A stretch of DNA of 64,000 nt from Eledone cirrhosa (taxonomy: Eukaryota), in assembly GCA_964016885.1 (NCBI GenBank), contig OZ024754.1, positions 25,916,001 through 25,980,000 of the forward strand, given 5' to 3'. A model generated the notes under the pieces. That model saw nothing but the letters and a program-made list of their open reading frames with translations, made no database searches and had not been told where the DNA came from. Below are positions 48,001-60,000 of the stretch, in pieces (the stretch's first letter is position 1; each line of letters starts with the position of its first letter). Position numbers and translations under genes: made by a program.

Positions 48001-51000
48001 CTCCTCAGAGTTTCTTCTCTGAGGCCCTTCTGCCGTCCAGCTTTCCCTGAGAGTTTCTTCTCAGACGACCTTCTGCTGTCCAGCTCTCCCTGAGAGTTTC
48101 TTCTCAGACGACCTTCTACTGTCCAGCTCTCCCTGAGAGTTTCTTCTCAGACGACCTTCTACTGTCCAGCTCTCCCTGAGAGTTTCTTCTCAGGCGAACT
48201 TCTGCTGTCCAGCTCTCCCTGAGAGTTTCTTCTCAGACAAACTTCTGCTGTCCAGCTCTCCTGAGAGTTTCTTCTCAGACAACCTGCTGCTGTCCACCTC
48301 TCCTGAGAGTTTCTTCTCAGACAACCTGCTACTGTCCACCTCTCGTGAGAGTTTCTTCTCAGACAAGCTGCTGTTGTCCACCTCTCCTGAGAGTTTCTTC
48401 TCAAACAACATTCTGCTGTCCAGCTCTCCTGAGAGTTTCTTCTCAGACAACCTGCTGCTGTCCACCTCTCCTGAGAGTTTCTTCTCAGACAAACTGTTGC
48501 TGTCCAGCTCTCCCTGAGAGTTTCTTCTCAGACGACCATCTGCTGTCCACCTCTCCTGAAAGTTTCTTCTCAGACAACCTTCTGCTGTCCAGCTCTCCTG
48601 AGAGTTTCTTCTCAGACAACCTGCTACTGTCCAGCTCTCCTGAAAGTTTCTTCTCAGACAACCTTCTGCTGTCCAGCTCTCCTGAGAGTTTCTTCTCAGA
48701 CAACCTGCTGCTGTCCACCTCTCCTGAGAGTTTCTTCTCAGACAACCTACTGCTGTCCACCTCTCCTGAGAGTTTCTTCTCAGACAACCTTCTGCTGTCC
48801 AGCTCTCGCTGAGAGTTTCTTCTCAGACGACTTTCTGCTGTCCACCTCTGCCTGAGATTTTCTTCTCAGACAACCTGTGGCTGTCCAACTCTCCTCAGAG
48901 TTTCTTCTCAGACGACCTTCTGCTGTCCAGCTCTCCCTGAGAGTTTCTTCTCAGACGACCTCCTGCTGTCCAGCTCTCCTGAGAGTTTCTTCTCAGACGA
49001 CCTGCTGCTGTCCAGCTCTCCCTGAGAGTTTCTTCTCAGACAACCTGTTGCTGTCCAGCTCTCCTGAGAGTTTATTCTCAGACAACCTGCTGCTGTCCAC
49101 CTCTCCCTGAGAGTTTCTTCTCAGACAAACCTCTGCTGTCCAGCTCTCCTGAGAGTTTCTTCTCAGACAACCTTCTGCTGTCCACCTCACTTGAGAGTTT
49201 CTTCTCAGACAACCTGTGACTGTCCAACTCTCCTCAGAGTTTCTTCTCTTAGGACTTTCTGCTGTCCAGCTCTCCCTGAGAGTTTCTTCTCAGACAACCT
49301 GTTGCTGTCCAGCTCTCCTGAGAGTTTATTCTCAGACAACCTGCTGCTGTCCACCTCTCCCTGAGAGTTTCTTCTCAGACAACCCTCTGCTGTCCAGCGC
49401 TCCTGAGAGCTTCTTCTCAGACGACCTTCTGCTGTCCATCTCTCCCTGAGAGTTTCTTCTCAGACGACCTTCTGCTGTCCAGCACTGCCTCAGAGTTTCT
49501 GCTGAGACAAACTTCTGCTGTCCACCTCTCCTGAGAGTTTCTTCTCAGACAACCTTCTGCTGTCCAGCTCTCCCTGAGAGTTTCTCCTCAGACGACCATC
49601 TGCTGTCCACCTCTCCTGAGAGTTTCTTCTTAGACAACCTTCTGCTGTCCACCTGTCATGAGAGTTTCTTCTCAGACGACATTCTGCTGTCCAGCTCTCC
49701 CTGAGAGTTTCTTCTCAGACGACCTGCTGCTGTCCAGCTCTCCCTCGGATTTTCTTCTCAGACAACCTTCTGCTGTCCTGCTCTCCTGGGAGTTTCTTCT
49801 CAGACGACCTTCTGCTGTCCATCTCTCCTGAAAGTTTCTTCACATATAACCTTCTGCTGTCCACCTCTCCTGAGAGTTTCTTCTCAGACAACCTGTGGCT
49901 GTCCACCTCTCCTGAGAGTTTCTTCTCAGACAACCATTTGTTGTCCAGCTCTCCTGAGAGTTTCTTCTCAGACAGCCTTCTGCTGTCCACCTCTCCTGAA
50001 AGTTTCTTCACAGATAACCTTCTGCTGTCCACCTCTCTTGAGAGTTTCTTCTCAGACAACCTGTGGCTGTCCACCTCTCCTCAGAGTTTCTTCTCAGACA
50101 ACCTTCTGCTGTCCAGCTCTCCCTGAGAGTTTCTTCTCAGACAACCTTCTGCTGTCCAGCTCTCCTGAGAGTTTCTTCTCAGACAACCTGCTGCTGTCCA
50201 CCTCTCCTGAGAGTTTCTTCTCAGACAACCTGCTGCTGTCCACCTCTCCTGAGAGTTTCTTCTCAGACAACCTGCTGTTGTCCACCTCTCCTGAGAGTTT
50301 TTTCTCAGACAACCTGCTGCTGTTCACCTCTCCTGAGAGTTTCTTCTCAGACAACCATCTGCTGTCCACCTCTCCTGCGATGTTCTTCTCAGATAACCTT
50401 CTGCTGTCCAGCTCTCCTGAGAGTTTCTTCTCAGACAACCTTCTGCTGTCCAGCTCTCCTGAGAGTTTCTTCTCAGACAACCTACTACTGTCCAGCTCTC
50501 CTGAAAGTTTCTTCTCAGACAACCTTCTGCTGTCCAGCTCTCCCAGAGAGTTTCTTCTCAGACGACCATCTGCTGTCCACCTCTCCTGAGAGTTTATTCT
50601 CATACAACCTTCTGCTGTCCACCTCTCCTGAGAGTTTCTTCTCAGTCGACCTTCTGCTGTCCAGCTCTCCTGAGAGTTTCTTCTCAGACAACCTGCTGCT
50701 GTCCACCTCTCCTGAGAGTTTCTTCTCAGACAACCTTCTGCTGTCCAGCTCTCCCTGAGAGTTTCTTCTTAGACAACCTTCTGCTGTCCAGCTCTCACTG
50801 AGAGTTTCTTCTCAGACAACCTTCTGCTGTCCAGCTCTCCTGAGAGTTTCTTCTCAGACGACTTTCTGCTGTCCACCTCTCCCTGAGAGTTTCTTCTCAG
50901 ACAGCCTGTGGCTGTCCAACTCTCCTCAGAGTTTCTTCTCTGAGGACATTCTGCTGTCCAGCTCTCCCTGAGAGTTTCTTCTCAGACGACATTCTGCTGT

Positions 51001-54000
51001 CCAGCTCTCCCTGAGAGTTTCTTCTCAGACGACCTGCTGCTGTCTAGCTCTCCCTGAGAGTTTCTTCTCAGACGACCTCCTGCTCTCCAGCTCTCCTGAG
51101 AGTTTCTTCTCAGACGACCTGCTACTGTCCAGCTCTCGCTGAGAGTTTCTTCTCAGATAACCTGCTGCTGTCCAGCTCTCCTGAGATTTTCTTCTCAGAC
51201 AACCTGCTGCTTTCCAGCTCTCACTGAGAGTTTCTTCTCAGACAACCTTCTGCTGTCCAGCTCTCCTGAGAGATTCTTCTCAGACGACTTTCTGCTGTCC
51301 AGCTCTCCCTGAGAGTTTCTTCTTAGACAACCTTCTGTTGTCCAGCTCTCACTGAGAGTTTCTTCTCAGACAACCTTCTGCTGTCCAGCTCTCCCTGAGA
51401 GTTTCTTCTCAGACGACCTTCTGCTGTCCACCTCTCCCTAAGAGTTTCTTCTCAGACAACCTGTGGCTGTCCACCTCTCCTGAGAGTTTCTTCTCAGACA
51501 ACCTTCTGCTGTCCAGCTCTCCTGAGAGTTTCTTCTCAGAGAACCTGCTGTTGTCCACCTCTCCCTGAGAGTTTCTTCTCAGACAACCTTCTGCTGTCCA
51601 GCTCTCCTGAGAGTTTCTTCTCAGAGGACCTTCTGTTGTGCACATCTCCCTGAGAGTTTCTTCTCAGACAACCTGTGACTGTCCAACTCTCCTCAGAGTT
51701 TCTTCTCTGAGGACCTTCTGCTGTCCAGCTTTCCCTGAGAGTTTCTTCTCAGACGACCTTCTGCTGTCCAGCTCTCCCTGAGAGTTTCTTCTCAGACGAC
51801 CTTCTACTGTCCAGCTCTCCCTGAGAGTTTCTTCTCAGACGACCTTCTACTGTCCAGCTCTCCCTGAGAGTTTCTTCTCAGGCGAACTTCTGCTGTCCAG
51901 CTCTCCCTGAGAGTTTCTTCTCAGACAACCTTCTGCTGTCCAGCTCTCCTGAGAGTTTCTTCTCAGACAACCTGCTGCTGTCCACCTCTCCTGAGAGTTT
52001 CTTCTCAGACAACCTGCTACTGTCCACCTCTCGTGAGAGTTTCTTCTCAGATAACCTTCTGCTGTCCAGCTCTCCTGAGAGTTTCTTCTCAGACAACCTT
52101 CTGCTGTCCAGCTCTCCTGAGAGTTTCTTCTCAGACAACCTACTACTGTCCAGCTCTCCTGAAAGTTTCTTCTCAGACAACCTTCTGCTGTCCAGCTCTC
52201 CCAGAGAGTTTCTTCTCAGACGACCATCTGCTGTCCACCTCTCCTGAGAGTTTCTTCTCATACAACCTTCTGCTGTCCACCTCTCCTGAGAGTTTCTTCT
52301 CAGTCGACCTTCTGCTGTCCAGCTCTCCTGAGAGTTTCTTCTCAGACAACCTGCTGCTGTCCACCTCTCCTGAGAGTTTCTTCTCAGACAACCTTCTGCT
52401 GTCCAGCTCTCCCTGAGAGTTTCTTCTTAGACAACCTTCTGCTGTCCAGCTCTCACTGAGAGTTTCTTCTCAGACAACCTTCTGCTGTCCAGCTCTCCTG
52501 AGAGTTTCTTCTCAGACGACTTTCTGCTGTCCACCTCTCCGTGAGAGTTTCTTCTCAGACAGCCTGTGGCTGTCCAACTCTCCTCAGAGTTTCTTCTCTG
52601 AGGACATTCTGCTGTCCAGCTCTCCCTGAGAGTTTCTTCTCAGACGTCCTTCTGCTGTCCAGCTCTCCCTGAGAGTTTCTTCTCAGACGACCTGCTGCTG
52701 TCTAGCTCTCCCTGAGAGTTTCTTCTCAGACGACCTCCTGCTCTCCAGCTCTCCTGAGAGTTTCTTCTCAGACGACCTGCTACTGTCCAGCTCTCGCTGA
52801 GAGTTTCTTCTCAGATAACCTGCTGCTGTCCAGCTCTCCTGAGAGTTTCTTCTCAGACAACCTGCTGCTTTCCAGCTCTCACTGAGAGTTTCTTCTCAGA
52901 CAACCTTCTGCTGTCCAGCTCTCCTGAGAGATTCTTCTCAGACGACTTTCTGCTGTCCAGCTCTCCCTGAGAGTTTCTTCTTAGACAACCTTCTGTTGTC
53001 CAGCTCTCACTGAGAGTTTCTTCTCAGACAACCTTCTGCTGTCCAGCTCTCCCTGAGAGTTTCTTCTCAGACGACCTTCTGCTGTCCACCTCTCCCTAAG
53101 AGTTTCTTCTCAGACAACCTGTGGCTGTCCACCTCTCCTGAGAGTTTCTTCTCAGACAACCTTCTGCTGTCCAGCTCTCCTGAGAGTTTCTTCTCAGAGA
53201 ACCTGCTGTTTTCCACCTCTCCCTGAGAGTTTCTTCTCAGACAACCTTCTGCTGTCCAGCTCTCCTGAGAGTTTCTTCTCAGAGGACCTTCTGTTGTGCA
53301 CATCTCCCTGAGAGTTTCTTCTCAGACAACCTGTGACTGTCCAACTCTCCTCAGAGTTTCTTCTCTGAGGACCTTCTGCTGTCCAGCTTTCCCTGAGAGT
53401 TTCTTCTCAGACGACCTTCTGCTGTCCAGCTCTCCCTGAGAGTTTCTTCTCAGACGACCTTCTACTGTCCAGCTCTCCCTGAGAGTTTCTTCTCAGACGA
53501 CCTTCTACTGTCCAGCTCTCCCTGAGAGTTTCTTCTCAGGCGAACTTCTGCTGTCCAGCTCTCCCTGAGAGTTTCTTCTCAGACAACCTTCTGCTGTCCA
53601 GCTCTCCTGAGAGTTTCTTCTCAGACAACCTGCTGCTGTCCACCTCTCCTGAGAGTTTCTTCTCAGACAACCTGCTACTGTCCACCTCTCGTGAGAGTTT
53701 CTTCTCAGACAAGCTGCTGTTGTCCACCTCTCCTGAGAGTTTCTTCTCAAACAACATTCTGCTGTCCAGCTCTCCTGAGAGTTTCTTCTCAGACAACCTG
53801 CTGCTGTCCACCTCTCCTGAGAGTTTCTTCTCAGACAAACTGTTGCTGTCCAGCTCTCCCTGAGAGTTTCTTCTCAGACGACCATCTGCTGTCCACCTCT
53901 CCTGAAAGTTTCTTCTCAGACAACCTTCTGCTGTCCACCTCTCCTGAGAGTTTCTTCTCAGACGAACTTCTGCTGTCCAGCTCTCCTGAGAGTTTCTTCT

Positions 54001-57000
54001 CAGACGACCTTCTGCTGTCCAGCTCTCCCTGAGAGTTTCTTCTCAGACAACCTTCTGCTGTCCAGCTCTCCTGAGAGTTTCTTCTCAGACGACCTTCTGC
54101 TGTCCACCTCTCCCTGAGAGTTTCTTCTCAGACAACCTGCTGCTGTCCACCTCTCCTGAGAGTTTCTTCTAAGACAAACTGTTGCTGACCAGCTCTCCCT
54201 GAGAGTTTCTTCTCAGACAACCTGCTGCTGTCCACCTCTCCTGAGAGTTTCTGCTCAGACAACCTGTTGCTGTCCACCTCTCCCTGAGAGCTTCTTCTCA
54301 GACAACCTGCTGCTGTCCACCTCTCCTGAGAGTTTCTTCTCAGACAACCTGCTGCTGTCCACCTCTCCTGAGAGTTTCTTCTCAGACAACCTTCTGTTGT
54401 CCAGCTCTCCTGAGAGTTTCTTCTCAGAGAACCTTCTGTTATCCACCTCTCCTGAGAGTTTTTTCTCAGTCAACCTGCTGCTGTCCACCTCTCCTGAGAG
54501 TTTCTTCTCAGACAACCTCTGCTATCCACCTCTCCTGAGAATGTTCTTCTCAGATAACCTGTTGCTGTCCAGCTCTCCCTGAGAGTTTCTTCTCAAACAA
54601 CATTCTGCTGTCCAGCTCTCCCTGAGAGTTTCTTCTCAGACGACCTTCTGCTCTCCAGCACTCCCTGAGAATTTCTTCTCAGTCGACCTGCTGCTGTCCA
54701 GCTCTCCCTGAGAGTTTCTTCTCAGACGACCTTCTGCTGTCCAGCTCTCCCTGAGAGTTTCTTCTCAGACGACCTGCTGCTGTCCAGCTCTCCCTGAGAG
54801 TTTCTTCTCAGACAACCTTCCGCTGTCCTGCTCTCCTGAGAGTTTCTTCTCAGACGACCTTCTGCTGTCCACCTCTCCCTGAGAGTTTCTTCTCAGACAA
54901 CCTGTGGCTGTCCACCTCACCTGAGAGTTTCTTCTCAGACAACCTTCTGCTGTCCAGCTCTCCTGAGAGTTTCTTCTCAGAGAACCTGCTGTTGTCCACC
55001 TCTCCTGAGAGTTTCTTCTCAGACAACCTGCTGCTGTCCACCTCTCCTGTGAGTTTCTTCTCAGACAACCTTCTGCTGTCCACCTCTCCTGAGAATGTTC
55101 TTCTCAGATAACCTGTTGCTGTCCAGCTCTCCCTGAGAGTTTCTTCTCAGACAACCTTCTGCTGTCCAGCTCTCCTGAAAGTTTCTTCACAGATAACCTT
55201 CTGCTGTCCACCTCTCCTGAGAGTTTCTTCTCAGACAACCTGTGGCTGTCCAGCTCTCCTGAGGGTTTCTTCTCAGACAACCTTCTGCTGTCCAGCTCTC
55301 CTGAGAGTTTCTTCTCAGACAGCCTTCTGCTGTCCACCTCTCCTGAAAGTTTCTTCACAGATAACCTTAAGCTGTCCACCTCTCCTGAGAGTTTCTTCTC
55401 AGACAACCTGTGGCTGTCCACCTCTCCTGAGAGTTTCTTCTCAGACAACCTTCTGCTGTCCAGCTCTCCCTGAGAGTTTCTTTTCAGACAACCTTCTGCT
55501 GTCCAGCTCTCCTGAGAGTTTCTTCTCAGACAACCTGCTGCTGTCCACCTCTCCAGAGAGTTTCTTCTCAGACAACCTGCTGCTGTCCACCTCTCCTGAG
55601 AGTTTCTTCTCAGACAACTTGCTGTTGTCCACTTCTCCTGAGATTTCTTCTCAGACAACCTTCTGCTGTCCAGCTCTCCCTGAGAGTTTCTTCTCAGACA
55701 ACCTTCTGCTGTCCAGCTCTCCTGAGAGTTTCTTCTCAGACAACCTGCTACTGTCCAGCTCTCCTGAAAGTTTCTTCTCAGACAACCTTCTGCTGTCCAG
55801 CTCTCCTGAGAGTTTCTTCTCAGACAACCTGCTGCTGTCCACCTCTCCTGAGAGTTTCTCCTCAGACAACCTACTGCTGTCCACCTCTCCTGAGAGTTTC
55901 TTTTCAGACAACCTTCTGCTGTCCAGCTCTCCTGAGAGTTTCTTCTCAGACAACCTGCTGCTGTCCACCTCTCCAGAGAGTTTCTTCTCAGACAACCTGC
56001 TGCTGTCCACCTCTCCTGAGAGTTTCTTCTCAGACAACTTGCTGTTGTCCACTTCTCCTGAGATTTCTTCTCAGACAACCTTCTGCTGTCCAGCTCTCCC
56101 TGAGAGTTTCTTCTCAGACAACCTTCTGCTGTCCAGCTCTCCTGAGAGTTTCTTCTCAGACAACCTGCTACTGTCCAGCTCTCCTGAAAGTTTCTTCTCA
56201 GACAACCTTCTGCTGTCCAGCTCTCCTGAGAGTTTCTTCTCAGACAACCTGCTGCTGTCCACCTCTCCTGAGAGTTTCTCCTCAGACAACCTACTGCTGT
56301 CCACCTCTCCTGAGAGTTTCTTCTCAGACAACCTTCTGCTGTCCAGCTCTCGCTGAGAGTTTCTTCTCAGACGACTTTCTGCTGTCCACCTCTGCCTGAG
56401 ATTTTCTTCTCAGACAACCTGTGGCTGTCCAACTCTCCTCAGAGTTTCTTCTCAGACGACCTTCTGCTGTCCAGCTCTCCCTGAGAGTTTCTTCTCAGAC
56501 GACCTCCTGCTGTCCAGCTCTCCTGAGAGTTTCTTCTCAGACGACCTGCTGCTGTCCAGCTCTCCCTGAGAGTTTCTTCTCAGACAACCCTCTGCTGTCC
56601 AGCGCTCCTGAGAGTTTCTTTTCAGACGACCTTCTGCTGTCCAGCTCTCCCTGAGAGTTTCTTCTCAGACGACCTTCTGCTGTCCAGCACTGCCTCAGAG
56701 TTTCTGCTGAGACAAACTTCTGCTGTCCACCTCTCCTGAGAGTTTCTTCTCAAACAACCTGTTGCTGTCCACCTCTCCCTGAGAGTTTCTTCTCAGACAA
56801 CCTGCTGCTTTCCACCTCTCCTGAGAGTTTCTTCTCAGACAACATTCTGCTGTCCAGCTCTCCCTGAGAGTTTCTCCTCAGACGACAATCTGCTGTCCAC
56901 CTCTCCTGAGAGTTTCTTCTTAGACAACCTTCTGCTGTCCACCTGTCATGAGAGTTTCTTCTCAGACGACCTTCTGCTGTCCAGCTCTCCCTGAGAGTTT

Positions 57001-60000
57001 CTTCTCAGACGACCTGCTGCTGTCCAGCTCTCCCTCGGAGTTTCTTCTCAGACAACCTTCTGCTGTCCTGCTCTCCTGGGAGTTTCTTCTCAGACGACCT
57101 TCTGCTGTCCACCTCTCCTGAAAGTTTCTTCACAGATAACCTTCTGCTGTCCACCTCTCCTGAGAGTTTCTTCTCAGACAACCTGTGGCTGTCCACCTCA
57201 TCTGAGAGTTTATTCTCAGACAACGATTTGTTGTCCAGCTCTCCTGAGAGTTTCTTCTCAGACGACCATCTGCTGTCCACCTCTCCTGAAAGTTTCTTCT
57301 CAGACAACCTTCTGCTGTCCACCTCTCCTGAGAGTTTCTTCTCAGACGAACTTCTGCTGTCCAGCTCTCCTGAGAGTTTCTTCTCAGACGACCTTCTGCT
57401 GTCCAGCTCTCCCTGAGAGTTTCTTCTCAGACAACCTTCTGCTGTCCAGCTCTCCTGAGAGTTTCTTCTCAGACGACCTTCTGCTGTCCACCTCTCCCTG
57501 AGAGTTTCTTCTCAGACAACCTGCTGCTGTCCACCTCTCCTGAGAGTTTCTTCTAAGACAAACTGTTGCTGTCCAGCTCTCCCTGAGAGTTTCTTCTCAG
57601 ACAACCTGCTGCTGTCCACCTCTCCTGAGAGTTTCTGCTCAGACAACCTGTTGCTGTGCACCTCTCCCTGAGAGCTTCTTCTCAGACAGCCTGCTGCTGT
57701 CCACCTCTCCTGAGAGTTTCTTCTCAGACAACCTGCTGCTGTCCACCTCTCCTGAGAGTTTCTTCTCAGACAACCTTCTGTTGTCCAGCTCTCCTGAGAG
57801 TTTCTTCTCAGAGAACCTTCTGTTGTCCACCTCTCCTGAGAGTTTTTTATCAGACAACCTGCTGCTGTCCACCTCTCCTGAGAGTTTCTTCTCAGACAAC
57901 CTCTGCTATCCACCTCTCCTGAGAATGCTCTTCTCAGATAACCTGTTGCTGTCCAGCTCTCCCTGAGAGTTTCTTCTCAAACAACATTCTGCTGTCCAGC
58001 TCTCCCTGAGAGTTTCTTCTCAGACGACCATCTGCTCTCCAGCACTCCCTGAGAATTTCTTCTCAGTCAACCTGCTGCTGTCCAGCTCTCCCTGAGAGTT
58101 TCTTCTCAGACGACCTTCTGCTGTCCAGCTCTCCCTGAGAGTTTCTTCTAAGACGACCTGCTGCTGTCCAGCTCTCCCTGAGAGTTTCTTCTCAGACAAC
58201 CTTCTGCTGTCCTGCTCTCCTGAGAGTTTCTTCTCAGACGACCTTCTGCTGTCCACCTCTCCCTGAGAGTTTCTTCTCAGACAACCTGTGGCTGTCCACC
58301 TCTCCTGAGAGTTTCTTCTCAGACAACCTTCTGCTGTCCAGCTCTCCTGAGAGTTTCTTCTCAGAGAACCTGCTGTTGTCCACCTCTCCTGAGAGTTTCT
58401 TCTCAGACAACCTGCTGCTGTCCACCTCTCCTGTGAGTTTCTTCTCAGACAACCTTCTGCTGTCCACCTCTCCTGAGAATGTTCTTCTCAGATAACCTGT
58501 TGCTGTCCAGCTCTCCTGAGGGTTTCTTCTCAGACAACCTTCTGCTGTCCAGCTCTCCTGAGAGTTTCTTCTCAGACAGCCTTCTGCTGTCCACCTCTCC
58601 TGAAAGTTTCTTCACAGATAACCTTAAGCTGTCCACCTCTCCTGAGAGTTTCTTCTCAGACAACCTGTGGCTGTCCACCTCTCCTGAGAGTTTCTTCTCA
58701 GACAACCTTCTGCTGTCCAGCTCTCCCTGAGAGTTTCTTTTCAGACAACCTTCTGCTGTCCAGCTCTCCTGAGAGTTTCTTCTCAGACAACCTGCTGCTG
58801 TCCACCTCTCCAGAGAGTTTCTTCTCAGACAACCTGCTGCTGTCCACCTCTCCTGAGAGTTTCTTCTCAGACAACTTGCTGTTGTCCACCTCTCCTGAGA
58901 TTTCTTCTCAGACAACCTTCTGCTGTCCAGCTCTCCCTGAGAGTTTCTTCTCAGACAACCTTCTGCTGTCCAGCTCTCCTGAGAGTTTCTTCTCAGACAA
59001 CCTGCTACTGTCCAGCTCTCCTGAAAGTTTCTTCTCAGACAACCTTCTGCTGTCCAGCTCTCCTGAGAGTTTCTTCTCAGACAACCTGCTGCTGTCCACC
59101 TCTCCTGAGAGTTTCTTCTCAGACAACCTACTGCTGTCCACCTCTCCTGAGAGTTTCTTCTCAGACAACCTTCTGCTGTCCAGCTCTCGCTGAGAGTTTC
59201 TTCTCAGACGACTTTCTGCTGTCCACCTCTGCCTGAGATTTTCTTCTCAGACAACCTGTGGCTGTCCAACTCTCCTCAGAGTTTCTTCTCAGAGGACCTT
59301 CTGCTGTCCAGCTCTCCCTGAGAGTTTCTTCTCAGACGACCTCCTGCTGTCCAGCTCTCCTGAGAGTTTCTTCTCAGACGACCTGCTGCTGTCCAGATCT
59401 CCCTGAGAGTTTCTTCTCAGACAACCTGTTGCTGTCCAGCTCTCCTGAGAGTTTATTCTCAGACAACCTGCTGCTGTCCACCTCTCCCTGAGAGTTTCTT
59501 CTCAGACAAACCTCTGCTGTCCAGCTCTCCTGAGAGTTTCTTCTCAGACAACCTTGTGCTGTCCACCTCACTTGAGAGTTTCTTCTCAGACAACCTGTGA
59601 CTGTCCAACTCTCCTCAGAGTTTCTTCTCTTAGGACCTTCTGCTGTCCAGCTCTCCCTGAGAGTTTCTTCTCAGACAACCTGTTGCTGTCCAGGTCTCCT
59701 GAGAGTTTATTCTCAGACAACCTGCTGCTGTCCACCTCTCCCTGAGAGTTTCTTCTCAGACAACCCTCTGCTGTCCAGCTCTCCTGAGAGTTTCTTCTCA
59801 GATGTCCTGCTGCTGTCCACCTCTCCTGAGAGTTTCTTCTCAGACAACCTGCTGCTGTCCACCTCTCCAGAGAGTTTCTTCTCAGACAACCTGCTGCTGT
59901 CCACCTCTCCTGAGAGTTTCTTCTCTGACAACCTGCTGTTGTCCACCTCTCCTGAGATTTCTTCTCAGACAACCTTCTGCTGTCCAGCTCTCCCTGAGAG

